A DNA stretch of 64,000 nucleotides from the human T2T-CHM13v2.0 reference genome, Homo sapiens, in NCBI RefSeq assembly GCF_009914755.1, contig NC_060925.1; one strand, given 5' to 3'. Shown here in pieces: positions 32,998-48,165 of this stretch. The position numbers and the translations under genes were made by a program. Under the pieces are notes generated by a model, which was given only the letters and a program-made list of their open reading frames with translations, was not told where the DNA came from and did not search any database. Each line of letters opens with the position of its first letter. Position 1 is the stretch's first letter.

Positions 32998-35759
32998 AGT
33001 CTGTGTCATTGCTTGATTAGGTCTGATCATTACACAGCTGGCTCTTTCTCTGTTTCTTTATCTAAAAGACAAAAATCTGGGGAGAAAGGGAGACAGGAAT
33101 GAATGCCCAGACCCAAGGTGTTTCTATTCTCCACTCCCCCAAGGTCAGAGGTGATAGGCTAATGAGTTCAGAAATATTCCTGAATTTGACAAGAAACCCT
33201 GAGACTGGAGATGGGTAGTCATCCTCTCTGTTCTGTCCATTCTTTTGCACTAGCCTGTCTCCTGCTGGAAGAGGAGACCCTCTCCACTTGAGGATTAGGG
33301 AAGTCCCCAATTTCCCCTGGGGACGTGAGCCAGTGTTTTATGGTCCAGATGATCTGGTAATGTTCCCTCCTGCAGCCAAAGCCCTCTTTTCCTTTCTGAG
33401 TGTCGAGACAGTGAACAAACAGCCAGGGCCCCGCTCTTCCCCAGCAAGCATATTTTCTAAATCTGCACAGCCTGTCCCAGTGGGAGGCCCCTGATGGCAG
33501 AAGGTTCCATGGCTCCACCTCACAAATTAGGGAGGATGCAGGGGGTGGAGGGACAGGACTCGCTGGGGTGAGGCGGCTGTTCCAGACATCAAGGCGGCAG
33601 GGCACTAAATACACAAAGGTCAAGGGAGCCTGTGTCTGGAGTCTCTGCTGGGCTCCCCTTACCAGGAGGCACCAGAACGCGCTGCATTCATGACCCATTA
33701 CACCAACAGAAGCGGCAACAACTACAGAATTGCAAAATATTTTCCATCCCCAGCCCCTGTTCTGGTAACTTCTTTTTTCATTGCTCATTCTGCCGATTTT
33801 TCCATATTTGCCTGAGATGAATGAATGGCTAGATTCAAGGGATTTTTTTTTTTCAGTGAAATGTTTAGAAAATGACTACTGACACTACAATGACTTTCTT
33901 TCTCCTGGTTTGTTTGTTGGTTTGTTTGTCTTTTAAGGGAGTGGACTTGGATTTTTTTTTCCCTTCTTTTTAAAGACACCTAAAGACTCAGGTTTGTCGT
34001 ACAATGACCACTTGTGTTATATATATTCCTAAAGTCCCAGTTTTTTTTAAGGCCAGTTCATCTATACATATATATTATATTAAATGTATGGATTTTTGTT
34101 CACAATTTATGTGTGCAAGAAATGTGGCTTTCCTTTATTTTCTTTAAGAAATTAAATTTTTATGAACATATTCAGACTGGAAAACTAACATAACACACAA
34201 AAAAGAAAAAAAACAAAAATCAAAGAAAAAGTGAAAAACATAGAAATTAGATTTTTATTTTGACTTTTCAGTCTTTTAGGCTGGCAGAATCTTTGTCTTG
34301 GTTAACTCAGGAATCAACCTCCTTTTCCCCAGGGTTGTGTCTAATTTATAGGGTGGGATGGGTCCAGGTCCGGGAACTCATTGTCACCTATTACAGAGGC
34401 ATCCTCTGAGACCTCCATCAGTCTGCCTCGTCCTGGCTGGTGGGCTTGTCAGATAGGAAAAGATGCCCCTTGTCCCTGCCCCGTGGTCCCTTCAGGTTGG
34501 TGTCTTTCCCTGTTACTTCTCTGCTACTCAGCAAAGACTCTGGAGCTTCACCACATGCTGGAACAAACAGATTATATATGAGGAAATCATCTATTTCCTC
34601 CCAATAGTGTATTACCTGCCTAGGAACACGAAGCACTTCTCAGAGCTTGTTGCTCCATGGGTCTGTCCAGATACAGAAGGCACAGACCCCACTGTTCTTG
34701 GATCCCTCTTATCTCCTGGTATTTAGTCCCTCTCTGGGGCTAAGTTTGGTCCATGAATGAAGAAATGGGTGCAGGGCCCACTTCTCTAAAACTCACCAAT
34801 TTCTGTATTCTCTTGTTCTCCTTCATCCTGTACACCTGAGTTTTAGGAGATGTCAATCATGCATGGGGTAGGGGCCTTACGATATTCCCCTCCCAAATCT
34901 TTTACCTAATCTATGTTATCTAGTCAAGGGAATGAAAGCTGGGTGCAGTGATTTTTTCTCTGCTAATACAACCCTGTCTGGAGGCTTTGGGAAGCATGGG
35001 CAAAAGAGGGGGAGGGAATTCTGGGGAGGAATGTAAGTTAGCACTTCAGAAAAATTTCCTGCCCCTCCTAAAGACTCACAGCCTTTTAATATGGTGAACA
35101 CATGTCCAGTACTTTCTATAACAGTCCCCAAAAGGAATAATTTTATTCTTTAAAAGGTGATCCTCTATTAAATCTCTAGCTAAACATGTTTTAGCTTGCA
35201 TCCTCTGGTAAGGCTTTTCATAAAGAAACATGAAAAAGTACAAGTGGGGAGAGGTGGGAGGGCTCTGAGCCCTGCCACTGTCACTCCCATGTGGGATGCA
35301 TCATGGCAAGGGGTATGTCACCGGGTCCTGCCATGCTGACCGGAACAGGGATTTCTCAGAAACCCCCTCCAGAGGAAGGAGGAGCGTGCCTGAACTTCCT
35401 TCTCTTGAGGGACAATGGAAGTGTTCCTGGGCTCCCCCGTCCTGCCAGAGGAGCTGGCCACTCAGCCAGAGAGCTGTGGAATCCTATCTGCTTCAAGGAC
35501 TCTCAAATGATCGCACAAGCCGATTATACCTGAACTTGAAGCAGTGACAATGACGCCTTTCACCCCTCCCTCATTTTGTCCTTGCTCATGTCATCCCCTG
35601 CCCCCACGCGCAGCATGCCTGACTTTCCTACTCTGAAGTAGTTTATTAATCAGGGTTTGCTTTACCTGGTGAGGAGTTCTTAAAGTAGCCAAGGTAAGTC
35701 CCGTGTGTTTGAGTCCCGATCAAGCCTGACTGTCTTTTGCTCTTCTCACCCCACACACC

Positions 35760-36760
<1,001 letters not shown>

Positions 36761-37314
36761 ACATTAATATGCCACCCATCATACTATAGGGCAGCCTCTT
36801 GTAGATTTTAATGAAATGCAGATGTTCCAGCCCTGCCTCCACCCTAGTTAATCAAAACTGTGAGGGAGTGAAGCCCCAGGGGACACTGAGGCACACCCTG
36901 CACAGAGAACTACAGTTGTAGAGACGTTCTTTGTGTTCATTTTTCTTTGATGCAATAGATGATGAACTCCTTGAGAGCAGGGATCTTGTCTCAGTCAACC
37001 CTCTAATCCTTATGGCACTCAGGACAATGCCAAGGAATAATACTATGAGTGAACCCTGATGCAGCGTTTTATATGTGGCAGGCTCTGTCCTGGGAGATTT
37101 ATGTGTATTTATGTGTTCAGTATCCTCACAATTCCCCAGGAGGTGTACTACCAGTCCCATTTATAGATGAGGAAATGTTTGATAAACAAATGAATAAGGG
37201 AACCATACTTACTAGAGAGCTGATTGTTTTAGCAAAATCTGAACTGGATTCATTTCATAACATGACTTTATTTTTTGCATATATTCAGATTTTTCAGTGA
37301 GTGAGTGTAACATA

Positions 37315-37710
37315 GGTTACTAGCTGTGTCCTAAAATATGCCTTCTCCTGCCTTCTCAGAATAAAAACTACATTTCCCAGCCTATCTTGGGGCTAGGTGT
37401 GGACATTGGAGTAAGTGGCCAACAGGATATATACAGTGGTGGTCTTTGCTACTTCTAACAACCCTTCCCTTCCTGCCAGCTGGAAAGTTGGTATGAGGAT
37501 GTGCCCTCTTGGGCCATGCAAACAAAGAGTCAGCTAGAAAAGAGGGGAGGATGAGGTAGAAAGCACCTTAGCACCTGCTGACTCTATGAAGCCAACTGTC
37601 ATGCTTTCCCATGCTTTTTATACCAGCAACAAATAAACTTCTGCTTTGCTTAAAGTATTTGTATTTGTGGTTTCTGTCACAGCACATGAACTTATATCCT
37701 AACTAATACA
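37315..37710 (+). mobile_element. Old MaLR LTR (MLT1J-like)
   Basis: ctacatttcccagcc...gctaggtgtgg; aaataaacttctg...cctaactaataca. Confidence 0.65.
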
Positions 37711-38757
37711 GTAGGTTTGAGTGACAGTGTTTCATATGCCCAGGACCTTACTGGCTCTTTGGGACATAAGAGAGAGACATGCACAGGACTCCGTCCCTAC
37801 CTTAGGACCTTGCATGGTGAGTGTGAAGACAAACGAATGGAGGACAGACCAAGGCAGCAGCAGAGGCATTCAGCTCAGACTCTACACCCTCAGAGCACAG
37901 GGCTGAGAAGTGTCTCATTCTTCTCTGACTGTATCCAGAGAGACCTTCTCAAGCGGTGCCAGAACCAGACGGGCACTACGAGAAACCCACCCAGGAAGAC
38001 CCGGGACAGTCTAGCCTGAGCTGGCTCCTTGCCCAAAATGGGGGAAAGAATGGTATAGGACAGAAGTGGAGAGGGCCAGCAGGGAGGGAAGATGACATTC
38101 TTGTTTCCTGCCTCCTCCTCCTCCTGGCCACCAGCCCCAGGATGCAGCCTCCAGCTATTATCTGCTCTCTTGGGACGAAAGTGATCAGGAGAGCACTTTA
38201 AATAACCAGGTTGTTGTTATGAAGCATAGGAGGCAGGTGATCATGCCCATTCACAATTACCCCTAAGCTGAAAGAGACCACTGCCCCTTACCTCTGTCCA
38301 TTTAATGGAATTAATAGATTTAATGAAATTAATGGTGGGACCACTCCCAGCCAGATGTTTGTTGGAAGGACAAGTGGGGTTCAGGAAACAGTGATAAAGA
38401 TCAGTAGGAAGGATCCCAAACCATACCACAACCACGGCCCCTGAGGCACTCCCACCCTCACTCTCTTTTTCAGGGACCACCTCCTCCAGAAGACTTTCCA
38501 GAAATTGCCTACTGTGTCTCCTCTCTGAGCTTCCCACGGCTCTCAGACATCCACACACAGCAGGCTTTCCCTTCCAGCTTCCTTCTCTCTTCCTGGTCTG
38601 TGAGTCCCAGCTTCCCCAGGGAGCTGTGAGCCTCATCTATCCCAGACTCCCCGCAGGAGCAGGCACCCCACTGGGCTCAAGAGATTTAGGACATCGTGAC
38701 TGTTCCACTTGCTGGTGAGTTAAAACCCAGTGAAATAATCTCCCACCATCTGTGTGA

Positions 38758-39064
<307 letters not shown>

Positions 39065-39164
39065 CCTACCCTTACATTTTTATGTAGATGTTAGGGTTAT
39101 CTCAGCAATGTTTTCCAGAGAAAAAACATTGAAAGAGCTCGGCAGGGGCCCTGACCTCTGCACC

Positions 39165-39380
39165 TACACTTACTGGATTCAAACCCCAGCTCTGCCACTT
39201 ACAAACTATAACTTCCTAAGCAAATTCCTTGACCTTTCTGTGCCTCAGTGTCCTCATCTGTAAAATGGGGATAATAACAGCCTATACCTCAGAGGGCCTG
39301 TGTAAGGAGTGAATGAGTTCATGCACGTGTAGTGCTTGGAACAGTGCCTGCCACATAGCAGGCACTCTTATTAATTAAAT
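39165..39380 (+). mobile_element. MIR
   Basis: ctgtgcctcagtgtcctcatctgtaaaatggggataataa. Confidence 0.85.
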
Positions 39381-39445
39381 TCATTTGAGTCTCACAGAAT
39401 CTCATTGGATTCTCACGACACTGGGGAGTAGGTAAAAATAACTCA

Positions 39446-39786
<341 letters not shown>

Positions 39787-40659
39787 TTAGGCAACACAGC
39801 TAATAAGTGACCACGTGGTTCCTTGAAGCTGAGATTCTGAGCCCTGCAGACGTGGCATGTGGAAGCCCTGAACGCTGGCCTCCCTGCCATCCCTCCATCT
39901 CCCCCTCCCCTGGCATTCCTGTGGCCTCCCCACACATTCTTGAAGCCTCCCAATAACGGTCGGCGTTCCTGCCCCAAACCCACCAAGGGCGGGGAAGTGG
40001 TACCCACCTCACCACACCCCTGCTTGCCTGGTCTCAGGCAGCGAGCCCAGTGCGAGCCACACGGCTCCAGCGGCGGTGCGGGTGGGCACCATGAGCGGAG
40101 GGGCCCCAGCCCTCATCTGCCTCTGAGGGCCCGCCTGCCCAGGATCCTGTAGATTATCTTCTGGCCTCAACCTGCAGGGCGTTGCTGGCATGCCTCCTGG
40201 CCCAGGACAGTGGAGCCTTGTTAGAGAGAACGCACAGACCCCATGGCTCTGCCACTAAGACAGTGTGGCAGAGCAGACGTGCCAGGAAGGGGGCTGGGTA
40301 GGGGTCCTTGGACAGGGGTCTTTGGACAGAGAGGAGTGAGCAGGTCACTGTCTGCATGGGAGCCAGATGTTATCTGAGAGGCAGAATGAGGCTGCATGGG
40401 TTATTTGGGTGGGGTCCTCAGGCAGGGCTGGCCTGTATAGAGACACATCAGCAGCCCCTTATGTGTTGATGTGAATGGACGTGATGTGGAGCTTGATCCC
40501 TTCAGGGTGTTCTGGGCTTTGCAGCTCACACAGTCCCTTCACAGATGCCTCATCAGGTCTCATAACCACCCTCTGGGTAGGTATTACCTCTATTTACAGA
40601 TGAGGAACCAAACTCAGAGGTCCTGACTTCAATTCAGAGGTCTTGCTGCTTGACCTCAC

Positions 40660-40980
40660 CATTTAGACAGACACAGGCCTAAGCCAGGGAGAGCAGGCAG
40701 GCCCCAGCCGCATGCAGGAAGGGAGCTGGTGGGGCGCAGGGTGGGGCCAGAGGGCAGGCGCTGCTCTGGGCTGCTGATTGTTGCCAGGTGGGAACAAAGC
40801 CTCTTGATTGTGAGAACTTTGGGTTTTTCCAGAGAAGCTGGAAATCTGGATTTTTGAAATAAGAAATCTCCCATCCTTGAATGTTGACAACTAATTTAAT
40901 TTATTTTAAAATGTCTAGTGGGCTAAACAAAACACATTTTTGGGCTGGTCTGGGCTCCAGGCTGCCAGTTTGCAGATTTG
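40660..40980. mobile_element. MER102-like hAT relic
   Basis: ccagagaagctggaaatctggattttt...gggctaaacaaaacaca...gctgccagtttgcaga. Confidence 0.5.
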
Positions 40981-41402
40981 GGCCTTACGTTGCCTCCACG
41001 ATGCCAATAAAGCCCAGATAAAACCTTCCCCACCCCAACTGAATTTAAAAATTCAAATGCCCCTGGGGTGGGTCAACACAATAAGATTATTTATTGAGCA
41101 CCTATATGTCAGAGTTGGTTTTGGTAATATGAGATATAACTCAACAGAAACAGACAAAGCCCCAGCCTCATGGAGCTGTCATTCTAATTAGAGGACATAA
41201 CACAAAGATTCATTTATAAAATTTATAATGTGTTAATAATCACTGCTAGGGAGAAAATAAAGCCGAAAGGGGGTTAAGAAGTTTTGTGTGAGTATTGCAA
41301 TTTCAGGTAGGGTGGCCAGAGGCAGCCTTGCTAAGAAGGTGAAATGTGATAAAGCCCTGAAGGATCTTAGGAAGAACACCCAGAAGGAGGGAGTAGGGCG
41401 TA

Positions 41403-41485
41403 CTAGTTTGGTGCAAAAGTAATTGTGGGGTTTTGCCATTACTTTCAAGGGCAAAAAGCTGCAATTACTTTTGCAACCAACCTAA
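41403..41485. mobile_element. MADE1 (Hsmar1-derived MITE)
   Basis: Palindromic ttggtgcaaaagtaattg...caattacttttgcaaccaacctaa flanked by TA (41401-41402, 41486-41487). Confidence 0.92.
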
Positions 41486-41837
41486 TACAAAGACCCTGAG
41501 GCCCAAAGGGGAGTGCTGGATTGGTTGAGAAATAGGAAGGGAGTGAGAGGGTCTGGGTGAATGAAGGGCGAGTAATAGGATTAACAGTCAGAGAAGTAAG
41601 AGGAGTGGGGACGGGGAAGCCAAAGGGCCCAGAGCCTTGGGTTTTCCTCTGAGATTGGAAGCCACTGGAGTAACAGGATTGTTCTTGCTGCTGTGTTGAG
41701 ACTGAAATGAAGAGAAGCAAGAGAGGAAGCGGGGAAACCCTTTGAGAGACTATTGCAACAATAGTGCTGGGACTAGGGTGGTGGCTGTGAAGGTAGTGAG
41801 AAGTGATCAGAATCTCGACGTAGTTTGTAGCTAAACC

Positions 41838-42027
41838 CAGTGGTGTGCTGGCAAAGGTTTAACAACTGGCTCTTGGGAATGGGGGTTGGCTGATTTCTGT
41901 GATGTAAATATTCCCATCATGGCTGATTTCAAGCTACCAACAGGATGTCAATCAGCTTATGAGATTTCTAAAACTTGTAACTGTTGGCTCTTGGGAGTCA
42001 ACATAGGCCAGTTTCAGCACACCACTG
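41838..42027. mobile_element. MER63-like hAT MITE
   Basis: TIRs CAGTGGTGTGCTG ... CAGCACACCACTG. Confidence 0.8.
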
Positions 42028-42383
42028 AGTAGGTCTAACAGGATTTGCTGATGTGAGAGATGAGAGAAAGAGACCAAAGATGACTCCAAGATTTGGGCAA
42101 TTGATAAAATGAAGTTGCCATTTATTTAGATGGGGAAGAATATAATGGGACTAGGTCTGGAGGAAAATATCAGAGATCTCAGTTTGGACATTACAAGTTT
42201 GAGAAATCCATTATATCTTTAAACTTTAGACTTCACAAGACATTACTGTTACTGTTTTCTACAATGGATGGTCATTTGGATTACCCACACATTTGCCACT
42301 TTATTGCTTTTCATTCTTTCTTGCCTCTCAGACTTTCCATCCAAGATCATTTCCCTTCTGCTCGAAGAATAGAATTTCCTTTA

Positions 42384-42864
<481 letters not shown>

Positions 42865-43832
42865 TTTTGTTTAAGATAATTTATCTTTAATATTGTTTTT
42901 TGTGTTTGGATTTACGCAAGTTTCATAATAATGTGTCTGGATGGGGATATCTGTTTATCCTTTTGGAGATGAATTTGTCTCCTTAAATTTGATATTTGTT
43001 TCTTTCATCAGTTCTGGAACATTTTCAGTTGTTATCTGTCTACGCATTGTCTCTGGCAATTACTCTCTCTTGTGTTTCTGAGACCCTAATTAAACATATG
43101 TTGGTTCTTCTCACTCTGTCCTCTGTGGCTCTTTACGTTTCTTTTATCATTTCCATTCTATTGTCCCTCTGTGCTAAATTTTGGATAATTTCTTCTGCCT
43201 TCTAGTTTGAATTCCCTCTAGCTGTATCTTTCGAGCTTTTATTTGTATTAATCGAATTTGTTATTTCTAGAAGTTTGATTTGGTCTTTTTCTAAATCTAA
43301 ATCAAATGTTATAATTTCTTATTTACCATAAAATTTTCAAGCATGACTTTTATTTCTCTAAGCACAGTAATCATAATTGTTTTATACTGTGTCTGATAAT
43401 TATAAAACCTAACGTTTTTACAGTTTAGTTTCTCTTGTCTGTTGTATCTGTGGGTTCTTATGCAAGGTGTCTATTTCTGGTATGTTTGCTTATTTTTGTT
43501 TGTTTCCTGCTCATCATACTTGAAAAATAATTTGATGGAATAATTTGAAATCCAAGGAATGAGGGTGACTTTCTTCTAGAGAAGGTTTTTTTTTTTTTTG
43601 GCTTTGTTTTTTTTGCTTTGCCAAACACTTGTGGCCAGCGTTGATCTAAAACCACCTTAAATCAAGTGCGAGGAACTGAGTTTCCTTGGACCACAGTGAC
43701 GAGAATTCTGCCTTCCTGTTGCCAGCCTGGTATAATCTGGGTTCACCTTTACTCCAAGGGTGTTGTCCTTTGTGGTCCTTGCTTATGGAAGGGATGGATG
43801 TCTCTCCACTTTCTTCAAACCCTGAGTTTTGA

Positions 43833-44203
<371 letters not shown>

Positions 44204-44678
44204 CAGCTTGAGCATTGATTTCTATCTTCTTTCCCTTGTAGACATCAAAACAATAGTTGAGATTTACTGGGATCAGCAAATACCCTCGGGGCAAACCTTT
44301 AGTTTCCATCTCTGAGGTTTCCATTTTTTTCCCTTTAATTTTGTCTGGTTGGTTGTTTCTCTCTTGCTAAGTCTTATTAGCTCTTGTTTCTAAACAAAAA
44401 ATTTTTTAAAAAATTTATCTGTCAGTTTTACTTGTTTTCAGTGGTAGGCTTGGTCCAAATAACCTTATCCACTATTACTAGAAATTAGGGAATCCCACTG
44501 AAAGGTTTTGGGTTGGCGCAAGTGACATGACATGAAATTTTTCATGGTGATGAATATATTTTACATTTGACCGGCATATTTAAAAAATGCTTAGCATCAC
44601 TAATCATCGGGGAAATGCAAAGTAAAACCACAAGGAGATATCACCTCACACCTATTAGAATGGCTGTTATCAAACACA

Positions 44679-44714
<36 letters not shown>

Positions 44715-44890
44715 GACACGAGATAACCAAAGTTGGTGAGGATGTGGAAAAAAAGGAACCCTTAGGAATGTAAATTAGTACAACCGTTACAGAAAGCAGC
44801 ATGGAGATTCCTCAGAAAAACTTAAAAATGGAACAACCACGTGACCCAGCAATCCACTACTGATATATATCCATAGGAAAGGAAATCAGT

Positions 44891-45800
44891 GTAGTGGCCC
44901 CCGCTTATCCATGGGGATACAAGTACTTAATTAAGTACTTGTCATGCACTGTGGCTGTCACTTCTGCGATTTGAGATGTGACAACAAAACTAGCATGAAT
45001 TTCTTTTTCCTTCTTCACAATTTCATAGATAGAAGCTTCCTTCTTATCATAGCTCTTAGTAATTTCAGCCTACAATATTTTTTCTTTTCTTACTAAGTTG
45101 AAAACGTTCACCTTTTCACTTCAAGGAAGCACTCTGTGGTGTCTCTTTGGCATACTTGAATTGTCACCATCACTACTCTTGTGCTCTGGGGCCATCATTA
45201 AGTAAAATGAGGGTGACTTGGACACAGGCACTGCTGTACTGAGACAGTTGATCTCATTACTGAGATGGCTACTAAGTAACGTCTACAGTGTGGGTATGCT
45301 GGACAAAGGGCGGATTCATATCGCCAGCAGGATGAAGCGGGAGAGTGCAGGATTTCATCATGTTACTCAGAACAGTACACAATTTAAAACTTATGAATTG
45401 TCGGCCGGGCGCGGTGGCTCACACCTGTAATCCCAGCACTTTGGGATCCGAGACGGGCGGATCACAAGGTCAGGAGTTCGAGACCAGACTGGCCAATATG
45501 GTGAAACCCTGTCTCTACTAAAAATACAAAAATTAGCCTGGCGTGGTGGTGGGCACCTGTAGTCCCAGCTACACAGGAGGCTGAGGCAGGAGAATCACTT
45601 AAACCCAGGAGGCGGAGGTTGCAGTGAGCCGAGATCAGCCACTGCACTCCAGCCTGGGGAACAGAGGGAGACTCTATCTCAAAAAAAAAAAAAAAGAATT
45701 GTCTATTTCTGTAATTTTCCATTTAATATTTTCAGGCCATTGGTGGTGGTGTGTAACTGAAACCACAGAAAGCAGAACTTTGGATAAGAAGGGGCTACTG
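44891..45800 (-). mobile_element. MER44/Tigger7-family DNA transposon relic containing an Alu
   Basis: TIR-like ends tagtggcccccgcttatcc ... ggataagaaggggctactg followed by TA. Confidence 0.75.
45403..45695 (+). mobile_element. AluS (Sg-like)
   Basis: Full dimer; TSD gaattgtc. Confidence 0.93.
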
Positions 45801-47618
45801 TATATCGAAGAGATATCTGCACTCCCATGTACACTGCAGCACTATTCACAATAACCAATGTGGAATCAACCTAAGTATCTATTGATTGACGAACAGATAA
45901 AGCAAATGTGCTGTACATACACAGTGGAATATTATTTAGCATTAAAGAAGGAAACCTTGTCATTTGCATGAACATGGATGAACCTGGAAGACATTATGTT
46001 AAGTGAAACAAGACAGGCACATAAAAACAAACACCATATGGCCTCACTTATATGTGGAATCTAAAAAAGTTGAAACCATAGAGGCAGAGAGCAGAATGGC
46101 AGTGACCAGGGGCTGGATGGGGGTGGAAGTGTTGGGGAGATGTTGGTCGAAGGATACAAAATTTCAGTTAGAAAGGAAGAGTAAGTTTAAGAGATCTATT
46201 GTACATGACGGTGACTGTAGTTAACAGGAATATATTGTGTACTGAAAATTGCTAAGAGAATACATTTTTTTATGCTCACCACAAAAAATGAGAAGTACAT
46301 GAGATAATTTATATATTAATTAGCTCAATTTAGCCATTCTACAATGTGTATGTGTGTAACTGTATATATTTAGGTTATACAACATAATGTATGTTATGTA
46401 TACACACACATTATGTTGTATAACCTAAATATATATAATTTTTCTCAATTTAAAACATTTTTCAATACATCTGATTGGGGTGGTGGTTGCATGGGTATAT
46501 ATACATACACATATGTGTCAAAGTTTGTCAAGCTGTATACTTCAAATGGGTACCTATTTGTAACCTGTTACTCTATGCAAATTATAATTTTTAAAAATTG
46601 ATTTAAAAAGTAAGAACTCTGGCTTCTGGTACAGAATGAATTATACAGTGGCAAGAGGCCCTGCAGTGGACCCCTGATGGGGAGTGTAAAGGCTAGGTGG
46701 TGTTTACCATCCCAGCCACCTGTGGAGCCCAGAGTCTAATTATAGATGGTGGGAAAGCCCCTTTTTATAAATGCAGTGTTAATGAGCGTGTATAGTTATT
46801 AAGATGGGTCAGTAGGTAGCACGTGGGGTAGAGTTGTTTATCAGAATAGATCCAGGGCTAAATGGAAATGGGTCTGGAGGAACCGAGGAGCTCGAGTTGA
46901 AGATGGATAGGATAAACCCGGGGAAGCCTCTTAGAAAAGAAAGCCTCATCTTACAAGAAGAGAAGGAGCCAGAATGCTTTGCTCCTGCTGCTTTTGTGGG
47001 CAGACCTTGATGCAAGGGAGGGAAGGCAGGGAAACATGAAAGTGAAGATGGTGGGGGCACTGGGAGGTGGGTGGCATGGCCTGGAGATCAGAGTTTTTTT
47101 TTTGGGTGCCAGAGTGTATATGAGGGCACCAGGGGAGAATCCTTGATGGAGCAGGGAGGGTGCCAACCTCACTCTTGCTGGACTAGCAGCGGCTGTGTCT
47201 CCAGGTCCCCCACTCCCCACCAGCCTGGTTCTCCAGCTTCTCTTGTGGGATCTTGGGGGCCCCTGGCCCCATGGAGCAGTGAAGAAGTATAAGACATGGA
47301 TCTTCTCCTGGTGCTAGCTGTGTGGCTTTTGACAGGTTATTTAATCTGAGTTTCAGTTTCCTTTAAAGTAGAAATAAAAATCAAAATAAGGCCATACATT
47401 AAGATTCTTAACATATTGCCTGGCACATAATAGCCATTTAATGCATGGAAATGTATTAGTATTATTAATTGTGAGACAAAACTAATAATACAAGAGGAAC
47501 AAATGGGAGAATAATTTAGGACAGGATATAATTAGAGATATTTTTAGGTGGCACAGACCAGACCAGCCTGCAGGCTTGGAAGCAAAGTAGAAAAGGAAAT
47601 AGAAAAAAAAGTGGAGTT

Positions 47619-47917
47619 GGCCGGGTACAGTGGTTCACGCTTGTAATCCCAGCATATTGGGAGGCCGAGGCAGGTGGATCACAAGATTCCAGGAGTTTGA
47701 GACCAGCCTGGCCAACATGGTGAAATCCCATCTCTACTAAAATAAAAAAATTAGCCAGGTGTGGTGGCATGTGCCTATAGTCCTAGCCACTTGGGAGGCT
47801 GAAGCAGGAGAATCACTTGAAATCAGTAGGCAGAGGTGGCAGTGAGCCGAGATTGCGCCACTTCACTCCAGCCTGGGTGACAGAGTAAGACTCCGTCTCA
47901 AAAAAAAAAAAAAAAAA
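47619..47917 (+). mobile_element. AluSx-like
   Basis: Full dimer; TSD aaaa(t)gtggagtt. Confidence 0.93.
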
Positions 47918-47959
47918 TGTGGAGTTAATTCATGATTCATGCATTCCTTTAAGGACTTA

Positions 47960-48165
47960 CTACGTGTCCTTTCCCTGCTTCATAGCACCACCAGTTGTGA
48001 TATGCTTATGTTCATTTATGTGTTTGTTTATTCCTGTATTTTCCACTGGACCGAACACCTCAGGAGGACAAGGATGATGTCTGTTTTCTTCCCAGCTATA
48101 CCCTCGGAGCTTACTATAGTGCCACCCACATAATAGGTGCTCAGTAAATGTTTGTCAAATGAATG
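47960..48165 (+). mobile_element. L2 3' end
   Basis: cacataataggtgctcagtaaatgtttgtcaaatgaatg. Confidence 0.75.

Larger units (their letters stand above)
41080..42220 (-). mobile_element. L2 hosting MADE1 and MER63 insertions
   Basis: atttattgagcacctatatg; gagattggaagccactggag; agtttggacattacaagtttgag. Confidence 0.8.
44570..46455 (+). mobile_element. L1MA-type 3' end with (CA)n at about 44678-44712, interrupted by MER44
   Basis: ORF2 end MQSKTTRRYHLTPIRMAVIK; L1 sequence gaaatcagtg|tatcgaagagatatctgcactcccatg is split by the insertion. Confidence 0.8.
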
